Shown: positions 1-8,733 of the stretch, in pieces
How the letters are laid out: the number at the start of each line of letters is the position of its first letter
How positions within the stretch are numbered: position 1 is the stretch's first letter
Assembly: GCA_963721805.1 (NCBI GenBank)
Contig: CAVRJY010000001.1
Span: forward strand, 320,001 to 384,000
Length of the DNA: 64,000 bases
Reading direction: 5' to 3'
Source of the DNA: Nitrospirota bacterium
Lineage (GTDB): Bacteria > Nitrospirota > Thermodesulfovibrionia > Thermodesulfovibrionales > JdFR-86
Program-made: the position numbers and the translations under genes
The notes under the pieces: generated by a model
Told to the model about the DNA's origin: nothing
Databases searched by the model: none
The model's input: only the letters and a program-made list of their open reading frames with translations

Positions 1-110
1 CCCAGAAGCTCTCCGGCGGGCTCACCCCCGACCTGATCAGGCTCTCCATCGGCATCGAGCACATAGACGACATCATCGGAGCGCTTGACGATGCGCTCGC
101 GGGCGTATAG
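1..110 (+). CDS. metY: O-acetylhomoserine sulfhydrylase (Cys/Met PLP enzyme), C-terminal fragment
   Basis: Frame from base 3 reads [35 protein letters not shown], a typical MetY C-terminus. It abuts metA. Confidence 0.75.
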   Translation, partial: QKLSGGLTPDLIRLSIGIEHIDDIIGALDDALAGV

Positions 111-1017
111 GTGGCGCTAGTCCTCCAGCAGGGGCTCGGCATCAAGCCGATGCTCCAGAGCCACCACATCCAGTGCGTCGACCTCGACGAGGCGATGAGG
201 GAGGACATCCGCGCGCTGCGCATCGGGATACTGAACATCATGCCGCAGGCCGAGACGTACGAGTTCAGCCTGCTGTACGCGCTCGGCCGCTCGGTGCTCC
301 AGATCGAACCTGTATGGATCAGGCTTCGGGAGCACCAGTACCGGAGCTCCGACCACGAGCACCTGAGGCGTCGGTACGTCTATCTTCGACGAGGCTATCT
401 CCCGCGGCCCTATAGACGGCCTGCTGCTGACCGGCGCGCCCGTGGAGGACATGGACTTCGAGCAGGTCTTTTACTGGCGCGAGCTGCTCGGCATCTTGGA
501 GCACTGCCAGATCAATTCGCAGAGCGTGCTGGGGATGTGCTGGGGCGGGCTCGCCCTGGCCAATATGATGGGGATCGAGAAGATACGCTATCCGCGCAAG
601 CTTTTCGGCGTCTTCGAGACCCGCAACCTCGACCCCGAGCACCCGATTATGTGCGACCAGGACGACGTGTTCTGGTGCCCTCAGAGCCGCCACGCCGGGG
701 TGGACGACGCAACGATGGAGGCCGCGGCCTCGCGCGGCGAGGTCAGCCTGCTGGCGCACGCGCCGGAGAGCGGCTATACGATATTTGAAAGCGGCGACGG
801 AAAGCTGCTCGCGCACCTCGGCCACCCGGAATACCGCGCCATGAGGCTTGTCGACGAATACCGGAGGGACGCCGAGCGCGGACGCCAGGACGTCGGTGCG
901 CCCGTGAACCTCTCGCTGGCCGCGCCGCAGAACCGGTGGAGGTCACACCGCAATGAGTTCTTCCGCCGGTGGGTGGACTTCATCCACGAGATGACCAATA
1001 AGAAACTTGCGCGGTGA
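111..1017 (+). CDS. metA: Homoserine O-acyltransferase (MetA family, probably acetyltransferase); one frameshift near 383
   Basis: ORF 111 has DIRALRIGILNIMP. After a +1 shift it continues LLLTGAPVE, LGMCWG, PQSRH, GHPEY, NRWRSH. APVE (Glu) is the acetyl-type determinant. Confidence 0.88.
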
Positions 1018-1031
1018 AAGGGCGCTTTTTG

Positions 1032-1260
1032 AAAGCGCGCTAAAGTCGCGTGATACGTTGTCACGGCTCGGAAATCCGTCCTCAACGTACGTCATAGTAC
1101 GCCTCGGTACGTTTTCCTCGCCGTTCCTAGTCTGACGCGATTTATCGCGCTTTGCGGGGTTAGACGCGGCCCAGCCGCTGGACCCCGCCCCCCAAGGTCA
1201 ACGGCATTGATTAGAGATGAGCGCTGTGGCGTGAATTGGGAAGGGGGCCAATCGGCCCCC
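1032..1260 (+). repeat. Palindromic intergenic repeat, copy 1 (core 1032-1153 plus tail modules)
   Basis: AAAGCGCG...CGCGCTTT ends, central GTAC-N6-GTAC, tail CCCCCAAGGTCAACGGCATT...GAGATGAGCGC...GGGGCCAATCGGCCCC. Confidence 0.85.
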
Positions 1261-1265
1261 GCACC

Positions 1266-1294
1266 TTGACAGGGGGGCGGGTTGGTGCTAAGAT
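1266..1294 (+). promoter_or_regulatory. Sigma70-type promoter with extended -10
   Basis: TTGACA (1266-1271), 17 nt spacer, TGC-TAAGAT (-10 at 1289-1294). Confidence 0.7.
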
Positions 1295-1300
1295 TTAATC

Positions 1301-1403
1301 AGAGACAGGGAGCGCAACACAGAGCGCACCCGAAGGGCCGCGGCCTACGTCGGAGGTCCCGACAGACGAGCCGCAGATCAGCACCGCGACCCTTCGGTTT
1401 TTT
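1301..1403 (+). ncRNA. Candidate ~100-nt structured small RNA
   Basis: Follows a consensus promoter and has no ORF. A stem CCGAAGGGcCGCGG/CCGCGaCCCTTCGG closes inner hairpins and is followed by a T6 run. Confidence 0.5.
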
Positions 1404-1455
1404 ATTGTCCTGAGAGCCCCATTCAAAAAGATAGTGAGAGCCCGGTGGCTGCCGT

Positions 1456-1845
1456 CTATTCGCCGCCCTGTGCGTTGTTATAGGCCCTGCCCACGCGGGC
1501 GACGATTGCTGCGAGCCTCCTGTCGAGCTTCTCGCCGGGGCTGCCGAGGATCTTGCGCACCGCTCGGTTGCTCAGCCCGTACTTCGCTGCCAGCCTGCGC
1601 GGGCACATCCCGCCGCGGTGGTCCTTGCGGATGGCGGCATTGCGCGCTTCGCGAAACAGGCCCTCGAGGCTGTTGATGTAGATCATCGTGCCCTTTAAGG
1701 CCTTGGCGATCCTGAGCGCGGCCTCCGGCCCCGCGATCTCCGCGATCCTTCCCACGTCCCCGGAGAACAGCCCGCTCCCGCCGGCCCGCCGCCCGGTTTC
1801 GTTCGATTCGCGATGCGCCAATGTGGTTGTCCGTTTCTCTATCAT
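1456..1845 (-). CDS. Mor/C-family phage transcription activator
   Basis: IAEIAGPEAALRIAKALKGTMIYI...RNAAIRKD...LAAKYGLSNRAVRKIL matches the Mu Mor/C pattern. Confidence 0.75.
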   Translation of the reverse strand: MIEKRTTTLAHRESNETGRRAGGSGLFSGDVGRIAEIAGPEAALRIAKALKGTMIYINSLEGLFREARNAAIRKDHRGGMCPRRLAAKYGLSNRAVRKILGSPGEKLDRRLAAIVARVGRAYNNAQGGE

Positions 1846-1866
1846 TTTCCTAACAATAGTTAATGG

Positions 1867-2061
1867 TTATACGAAGAAATAATCGGTCGGGCACTCAAGC
1901 GCCCTGGCGAGCTTGGCCAGGGTGTTTGCGCGCGGCTCTTTCTTTCCCTTCTCCAAGGCCGATATAGAGACCTGGCTGAGGCCGATTTCCTTGGAAAGGC
2001 GCACCTGCGTCTTTCCCAACCGCCTTCGCCTCACCGACATCCTCTCGGGGCTGAATTGCAT
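1867..2061 (-). CDS. Cro-like XRE HTH protein
   Basis: 64 aa, TQVRLSKEIGLSQVSISALEKGKKEP; RBS AGGAGG upstream. Confidence 0.85.
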   Translation of the reverse strand: MQFSPERMSVRRRRLGKTQVRLSKEIGLSQVSISALEKGKKEPRANTLAKLARALECPTDYFFV

Positions 2062-2079
2062 GTCCGCACCTCCTTTCGC

Positions 2080-2184
2080 TAACTATTGTTAGTTTATACC
2101 TCTCATTTTACTACTGTCAAGGGTAATACTTAACTTTAGTTAGTAAAAAGGGCTTGACAATTGCTTTTCTATAAACTATAGTTA
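2080..2184. promoter_or_regulatory. Divergent cI/cro promoters with TAACWWWWGTTA operators
   Basis: Palindromes at 2080-2091, 2131-2142 and 2173-2184 (a fourth at 1851-1862). Plus strand: TTGACA(2154)-17-TATAGT(2177). Minus strand: TTGACA(2120-2115)-18-TAAACT. Confidence 0.7.
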
Positions 2185-2188
2185 ATGC

Positions 2189-2836
2189 ATGGTGAAGATA
2201 AAGGCCACCGACATGAAGCGGATCGGCGGATTCATTAAGAGAAAGAGGATAGAGAAAAACCTCACCGCGCGCAGGCTGGCCGAACTCGTCGGGGTCTCGG
2301 ACGCCCATATCATCTATATAGAGAAGGGCCAGCGCGGGGCCTCCTTCGACATCATCGTAAACATACTCTCAGCGCTGGGCGAGACGGTCGAGGGCATGCT
2401 CGCCGAGATCAGGCGCAGCCGCTCCAACGTCGAGCCGGCGCGGATGGCCTCCCCGGCGCCGATCCCCGTGGTCTCATGGGTGACGGCCGGTAAGTGGCGC
2501 GAGGTCTGCGACGTCTTCGAGCCCGGCGACTCGGACGAGTGGATAGAGAGCGACGTCCGGGGCAGAAACGTCTTCGCGCTTCGCGTGACGGGGGATTCGA
2601 TGGACCCGGAGTTCAAGGACGGCGAGATCATCGTCGTGAACCCTCATATCGAGGCCACGCCGAACGACTATGTCGTGGTCAAAAACCCGAGGGGCGAGGC
2701 CACCTTCAAGCAGCTCAAGAAATACGGCCAGAGGTGGGTCCTGCACCCCTTAAACCCCAGGTACGAGGACGAGGAGGTCAGGAAGGGCGACTTCGCGATC
2801 ATAGGCAAGGTCGTCAAAAAAGAGAAACGGTATTAG
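2189..2836 (+). CDS. CI/LexA-like repressor (XRE HTH plus S24 peptidase)
   Basis: N-terminal HTH; VTAG cleavage-type site; FALRVTGDSM (Ser) and ATFKQL (Lys) catalytic motifs. Confidence 0.9.
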   Translation: MVKIKATDMKRIGGFIKRKRIEKNLTARRLAELVGVSDAHIIYIEKGQRGASFDIIVNILSALGETVEGMLAEIRRSRSNVEPARMASPAPIPVVSWVTAGKWREVCDVFEPGDSDEWIESDVRGRNVFALRVTGDSMDPEFKDGEIIVVNPHIEATPNDYVVVKNPRGEATFKQLKKYGQRWVLHPLNPRYEDEEVRKGDFAIIGKVVKKEKRY

Positions 2837-2898
2837 AAAGGCCAGGCCCGGGCGTTTGTAGGGCGCGCAGCCCGTATGGTAAAATTATCTTTGCCCTA

Positions 2899-2974
2899 GG
2901 GCGGTTAGCTCAGTTGGGAGAGCGCGGCGTTCGCAACGCCGAGGTCGAGGGTTCGACCCCCTTACCGTCCACCA
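2899..2974 (+). tRNA. tRNA-Ala(CGC)
   Basis: Cloverleaf, anticodon loop TTCGCAA, G3:U70 pair, encoded CCA. Confidence 0.95.
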
Positions 2975-2975
2975 T

Positions 2976-3018
2976 AAAAATCCCCCTGATCCCAAACAGA
3001 TCAGGGGGATTCTTTTTT
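2976..3018. terminator. Bidirectional intrinsic terminator
   Basis: AAAAATCCCCCTGATC...GATCAGGGGGATTCTTTTT. Confidence 0.75.
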
Positions 3019-3095
3019 GTCCGAACCTGAGCGTGTCAGGAGGGAGCCCATCGGGGCGGGACTTGGAGATCCAGCCCCGATGGGTGGATACTATG

Positions 3096-5234
3096 TTACT
3101 GCCTGACGCCTACCATAAGCCTGATCGTGCCGTCGGTGGCCCCGTTGTCCATGGACATGAAAACCTGCGCGTCGGGGCTGAGCATGCCGCTGTCGCCCGT
3201 GGACATCGTCAGCTGTCCGCCGGTGCCCATCGTGTAGGTACCGCCGCTGGCGTATGGCTGCCCGTCGCTGCTGTAGAGGTCCTGGGCAGAGAAATTGCCG
3301 CTGCCGTCGAAGGTCATCGCGCTGACGCCGGTCCATGCGAGGTCTCCGGTGATCGCCGTCTGCGCGACCGTATAGTCGCCGGCCATCGATCCAGCATTAA
3401 GCCCGCTGGAGGTCGAGACGCCGATGGCCATGCCGGTCTTCCGGCCTGAGTTGCCGACCTGCACGAGGCTCAGAACGGCGCCGTCGGACCTCGCGAAGCC
3501 CTGCAGCTGCATGCCGTTGACCTTCATCGTAACCTTGCCGTTGTTCGCGACCTGGTACCTGCCGGACTTGGCCATGCCGTTGCCCGGTGCGCCTTCGCCG
3601 CCGTCGGTGTTGCCTCCGGTGGTGCCAGCGTTACGGTAGGACATCCTGCCGTTGCCCTTAAACTGGATGTTCACGAGGAACGGGGTCGAGGTGACCTGGC
3701 CTGTGCCGGTGGCCGTCATCGCCACGCCGCCTATGACATACGTTCCCTTAAGCTTGGACCTGCCCATGTGGCCGGAGGCCCTGAACCCGAGGCCGATGCT
3801 CAGGGCGTTGTCCCCGGCCGTCGAGGTGTCGGCCCATGCCATGGCGTTGCCGTCAGCTGACTGCGCGGACATGCCGCCGGTTGTTCCAAAGGACATAAGC
3901 CCTTCGGCGGTCGTGGTGACCATGCCGGTCATCCTGTTGCCCATGCCCATGGATGAGCCCGAGCCCATGGGGTTGCCGCTGAAGTTGCCCTGGCTGTCGA
4001 TGCCGAGGTTGTACATCTGGTCCCAGAAGGGCTGGCCGGATGAACGCCAGCCGAACATCCCGAAGACGTAGTTGCCGGCAGGACCCGTTCCGCCTGTGCC
4101 GCCTGTGCCTCCGGCCAGGGTCGTCGCCGTGGCGGTATTGCTCGCGGCCGATACGTTGCCGGCCGCGTCGGCTGCCTCGACGGTGTAGTTATAGGTGGTC
4201 GTAGGCGCGATCGCCATATCCGTGTAGCTGGTCATGGCCGTAGAGCCTATCTGCGTGCCGTCGCGGAAGACCTTGTATCCGGTCACGCCAACGTTATCGG
4301 AGGACGCGCCCCAGATGAGCTTGACCGAATTGGCCATCACCGATGCCGTGAGCCCGGAGGGTGCGGACGGCGGCGTGGTGTCGGTAACCGAGACGCTTAC
4401 GTTCACCGAGGCGCTTGCCGGGCTAGAGACGTTACCGGCCGCGTCCTTGGCCCATGCATACATGGTATTGGCGCCCGCGGAGCCGGCCATGTAGCTCGTG
4501 GGAGCGGTGGCCGACCAGCCGGCCGCGTTAGCGAGCGGCGCGGTAGCGGAAGTGGTCACCATGTATCCGGTCACGCCGACGTTATCGGTGGCCGTGAAGC
4601 TCGTGATCATCATCGTCATCGAGGATGACATGGCCGGCATGCTGAAGCCGGTGATCGTCGGTGGCGTGGTATCGGTCGTCGCGCCGCCTGCGGAAACCGT
4701 GAACGAATTGGTCGATACGACTTCCATCCCATGGTTGGGGTTGTTCGGGTCAGGCGTCCAGCCCGTGCCGAATACGCTGGATGAGGCGTCGTACTGGTTG
4801 CCGTACCACGCGACCTTCCAGGTGTAAGTGCCCGGGGTCGAAGGCGCGGGCGAGTTCAGGACTATGGGATAGCCCATGCCGCCGCCCATACCGCCGCTCA
4901 TCGCGCCGGTGCTGCGGGCAAGCTCGACGCCGTTTTGGTCAAGGAGGAGGCCGCGGATCCAGCCGGTCCGGTAGCCGCCGGTCATTGTTACGCTCACGGA
5001 CTCGCCGGGGGCGTACGTGGCCTTGGAGGTCGTACCGGTTATGTTAATGACGTTTTTGTTGCTGTTAGAGTGCGTGCCGTGCGAGTGGCAGCCGTTACAG
5101 GTAGTGGGCGATGCGGCGTGGCAGCTTGTGCAGTTTGCAGCGAAATAGCTCGATTCAGCACTGGCGTTCGACGGCATGAATCCAAACGCCGCGAAGCCCA
5201 GGATACAGCAGAGGATTATTAAACTTTTTTGCAT
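3096..5234 (-). CDS. Secreted diheme c-type cytochrome with Ig/FN3 domains (paralog A, Met-rich)
   Basis: Start MQKSL at 5234 behind RBS AGGAGAG; signal peptide; CTSCH and CNGCH; DTTPP...AWAKDAAGNVS and FN3 (PSAPSGLTA...YNYTVEAADAAGN) modules. Confidence 0.8.
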   Translation of the reverse strand: MQKSLIILCCILGFAAFGFMPSNASAESSYFAANCTSCHAASPTTCNGCHSHGTHSNSNKNVINITGTTSKATYAPGESVSVTMTGGYRTGWIRGLLLDQNGVELARSTGAMSGGMGGGMGYPIVLNSPAPSTPGTYTWKVAWYGNQYDASSSVFGTGWTPDPNNPNHGMEVVSTNSFTVSAGGATTDTTPPTITGFSMPAMSSSMTMMITSFTATDNVGVTGYMVTTSATAPLANAAGWSATAPTSYMAGSAGANTMYAWAKDAAGNVSSPASASVNVSVSVTDTTPPSAPSGLTASVMANSVKLIWGASSDNVGVTGYKVFRDGTQIGSTAMTSYTDMAIAPTTTYNYTVEAADAAGNVSAASNTATATTLAGGTGGTGGTGPAGNYVFGMFGWRSSGQPFWDQMYNLGIDSQGNFSGNPMGSGSSMGMGNRMTGMVTTTAEGLMSFGTTGGMSAQSADGNAMAWADTSTAGDNALSIGLGFRASGHMGRSKLKGTYVIGGVAMTATGTGQVTSTPFLVNIQFKGNGRMSYRNAGTTGGNTDGGEGAPGNGMAKSGRYQVANNGKVTMKVNGMQLQGFARSDGAVLSLVQVGNSGRKTGMAIGVSTSSGLNAGSMAGDYTVAQTAITGDLAWTGVSAMTFDGSGNFSAQDLYSSDGQPYASGGTYTMGTGGQLTMSTGDSGMLSPDAQVFMSMDNGATDGTIRLMVGVRQ

Positions 5235-5430
5235 TGGTACTCTCCTTTTTGGTTGTTCAGGCATAATACGAAGATGACGGCAGGCAGCGTCTTTGCTTGA
5301 TCGCACGGTGTCGTCTCTCTTGCCCCCTTTCGTTTTAGTTCGCTTGTTCTCGGTCCGCATGCGCCGGGACGCAACTCTCCTTATGCCCCATTGCGCACCT
5401 CCGCTGTGCCCCCTTCTGAAGGGAGGGGGA

Positions 5431-5555
5431 AATAAAAAACCGCCAGAGCCATGTTTCCTCTGGCGGCCCGGCTGACATGAAACGGGATGCGCTCCGTTCG
5501 TTAGTCCCGTTGCTCTGCGCCCCGGGGTTTCCCGCGGTTTGCTCTGAGCAGAGTC
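5431..5555 (-). promoter_or_regulatory. GEMM-I cyclic dinucleotide riboswitch (A20, cGAMP-type) with terminator
   Basis: Minus strand CTCTGCTCAGAGCAAACCGCGGGAAACCCCGGGGCGCAGAGCAACGGGACTAA...ATGTCAGCCGGGCCGCCAGAG, then CTCTGGCGG-TTTTTT. Confidence 0.88.
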
Positions 5556-5683
5556 CTTGATGCCTTCGATCTTGTGCATATAGGATAGCACCAAAATATG
5601 AAAACGCTGTGAAGCGGGCGCATATGAAATATGATTATTTTGTGAACCCCCGATCCGCCTCTTTAAGGTGGCTTATGGGGGGG

Positions 5684-5728
5684 CCCATCCAGGCGGGGGG
5701 GGTATGAGGAGGGCCCCGCCTGGATGGG
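5684..5728. terminator. GC-rich hairpin/terminator downstream of paralog B
   Basis: CCCATCCAGGCGGGG...CCCCGCCTGGATGGG. Confidence 0.55.
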
Positions 5729-5744
5729 TTAAAAACTTTTGCTC

Positions 5745-8155
5745 TTACTCTTTTACGCCGATTCGCAGTCCGATAGAGCCGTCAGGGTTTCCCCTGTCTA
5801 CGGACATGAAAACCTGCTCGTCGGGGCTGATCATGCCGCTGTCTCCGGTGGACATCGTAAGCTGTCCGCCGGCCGCGACCCGGTAGGTCCCGCCAGCCGC
5901 GTACGGCTGCCCGTCGCTGCTGTAGAGGTCCTGGGCCGAGAAGTTGCCGTTGCCGTCGAAGTCCATCCTGCTGATGCCGGTCCACGCGGAGCTGCCCGTA
6001 AGTACCGTCTGGGCCACCGCATAGCCGCCGGAAAGGGAGGCTGAACTCATGCCGGTCGAGACCGGGATACCGACGGCGATGCCGTCCTTAAGGCTGGAGC
6101 CGGGCTGCACAAGGCTGATGAGCCTGCCGCCGTCCTTGACCGAGCCCTTAAGGTTCATATTATTTATCGTCATCGAGACTGAGCCGCTGCGCGAGACCGA
6201 ATACTTGCCCGAATATATCTTAGTACTGGTCACGCTGGTATCCCTCGATGCGGTCCTGGAGCCGGAGTCGTCACCGGTGCCGCTCGTGCTGCTGACGGCG
6301 CTGTAGGTCATGGTGCCGTCGCCCTTGAACGTCATGTTATACAGGTAAGCCTTCGCCGTCGTCTGACCGGTGCTGTTTTCCACCGTGGTGACGCCGCCCA
6401 GCAGGTACTTGCCCTTGAGCGTGGCATTGCTCATGCGCGTGGTGGGCTTCGCGAACCCCAGCCCGATGCTCAGGGAGTTGTCCGCGGTCTCTGAGGAGTC
6501 AGCCCACGCAAGGACCTTTCCGTCCGAGGACGGGGCCGCGATGCCGTCGAGAGCGTCAAAGTACAGGAGCCCTTCATCGGTCAGGCTGACCGTGCCGGTG
6601 CCGGTCGAGGAGCCGTCGTCGGATGAGCCCACCTGTGAGTAGGTGAAGTTGCCCTGACCGTCGAGCCCGAGGTTATACAGCTTGTCCCAGAAATTGTCCT
6701 GAGACGATTGCCATCCGAAGAGGTCGAGCGAGAAGCTGCCGCTTACTCCGGTGGCAGCGCCGCCTGCCTGGGTCGTGACCGTCGCGGTGTTGCTGGGCGC
6801 CGATACGTTGCCGGCAGCGTCGGTGGCTTCAACGGTGTAGTTATAGGTGGTCGATGCGGCGACCGTCATGTCCGTGTAACCGGCCGCGGCCGAGGTGCCT
6901 ATCTGCGCGCCGTCACGGAGGATCAGGTATCCGGTCACGCCTACGTTGTCAGAAGACGCGTTCCAGGTGAGCTTGACCGAATTGGTGGCCGTCGAGGCCG
7001 TGAGCCCTGTGGGTGCGGAAGGGGCTACCGTGTCCGAGATCGTTATCGTAACTGAAGCGCTCATCGAGGCGGATACGTTGCCCGCTGCGTCCTTAGCCCA
7101 TGCATAGAGGGTTTTGGTCCCTGCGGTGCTAAACGTATAGCTCGCGGGAGCGCTAGCCGACCATCCTGCCACGGTAGCAAGCGGCTTGGTCGAGGACTCG
7201 GTCACCATGTAGCCGGTGACGCCGTGTTGTCGGTGGCCATCATGCTTGAGATCGGTACGGTGAGCGAGGACGAGGTGGCCGGTATGCTGAAGCCGGTCAT
7301 CGTCGGTGCCATCGTATCGGGAAGCGTTATCGTAACTGAAGCGCTCATCGAGGAAGATACGTTGCCCGCGGCGTCCTTGGCCCATGCATAGAGGGTTTTG
7401 GTCCCTGCGGTGCTAAACGTATAGCTCGCGGGAGCGCTAGCCGACCATCCTGCCACAGTAGCAAGCGGTGCGGTCGCGGACTCGTTTACGAGGTATCCGG
7501 TGACGGCCGTGTCGTCGGTGGCCATCATGCTTGAGATCGGTACGGTGAGCGAGGACGAGGTGGCAGGTATGCTGAAGCCGGTCATCGTCGGTGCCATCGT
7601 ATCTACCATGGCCACGACCGTGAACGAGTTTGCGCTGACGACTTCCATTCCATGGTTTGGGTTGTTCGGATCAGGCGTCCAGCCGGCTCCGAATATGCTG
7701 GATGAGGCGTCGTACTGGTTGCCGTACCACGCGACCTTCCAGGTGTAAGTGCCCGGAGTCGAAGGCGCAGGCGAGTTCAGAACTATGGGGTAGCCGGGTC
7801 CGCCACCCATGCCGCCGCTTGCGGTGCCGGTGCTGCGGGCAAGCTCCACGCCGTTTTGGTCAAAGAGGAGGCCGCGGATCCAACCGGTCCTGTAGCCGCC
7901 GGTGAGCGTTACGTTTACGAGCTCTCCGGGGGCGTAACTGGCCTTGGAGGTGGTCCCGGCTACGTTAATTACGTTTTTTGTGCTGTTAGAGTGGGTACCG
8001 TGCGAGTGGCAGCCGTTGCAGGTAGACGGCGATGCCGCGTGGCAGCTCGTGCAGTACGTCGCGAAATAGGTCGACTGTGCGCTGGCGTCCGATGCCATGA
8101 ATCCAAATGCTGCAATCCCTAAGATGCAGCACAGGATAATTAAACTTCTTTGCAT
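5745..8155 (-). CDS. Secreted diheme c-type cytochrome with Ig/FN3 domains (paralog B); one frameshift near 7221
   Basis: Start MQRSL at 8155; CTSCH/CNGCH; joins ORFs 7202-8185 and 5745-7385. The second internal repeat lacks one C relative to the first (ACGGCCGTC vs ACGGCGTC). Confidence 0.8.
7041..7608. repeat. Near-identical tandem ~285-bp (95-aa) intragenic domain duplication
   Basis: CGTTATCGTAACTGAAGCGCTCATCGAGG occurs at 7041 and 7325; period 284 = 285 minus the frameshift base. Confidence 0.85.
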
Positions 8156-8349
8156 TAATACGCTCCTTTTAGTTTGGTTCGGCATAATACGAAGATGACG
8201 GCAACTGGCGTCATTGCTTGGTTAGGCGATGTCGTCTCCCGAGCCTCCTTTCATTTTGGATGGCTTTTTGTTTGCCCGTATGCACAAGGACGCACCTCTC
8301 CCTATGGCCCATCGCGCACCTCCGCTGTGCCCCTCCTGAAGGGAGGGGA

Positions 8350-8474
8350 AATAAAAAACCGCCAGAGTAGGTTTCCCTCTGGCGGCCCGGCTGACATGAA
8401 ACGGGATGCTTCCCGCTCGTTAGTCCCGTTGCTCTGCGCCCCGCGGTTTCCCGAGGTTAGCTCTGAGCAGAGTC
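8350..8474 (-). promoter_or_regulatory. GEMM-I cyclic dinucleotide riboswitch (A20, cGAMP-type) with terminator
   Basis: Minus strand CTCTGCTCAGAGCTAACCTCGGGAAACCGCGGGGCGCAGAGCAACGGGACTAA...ATGTCAGCCGGGCCGCCAGAG, then CTCTGGCGG-TTTTTT. Confidence 0.85.
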
Positions 8475-8733
8475 TATTTTACTGTTTCGATTTCTTGCGC
8501 TTATCATAGCATGCGCAATATGAAAAACTTGTGAAGGGATTAGCCCCACTAATATGCTGCAGGCCGCAAGCCGCGCCCTCCCGCCCATGCCGGACGGCGT
8601 ATCAGCCGGGGCAGGGTTGCGGCCGGCCGCGCGTGTGCTACAATTAATATAGACATCAGCGCCCGCCACGGCCTGATTCCGAAGCGCAGACTCATAGCAA
8701 GCAACGACGCAGGTTCAAGGAAAAAGAGAGTAC

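Noticed and set aside
5235..5594. 120-aa N-terminal extension of the 832-aa ORF
   Set aside because: It runs through the riboswitch and terminator. The RBS, signal peptide and paralog alignment support the start at 5234.
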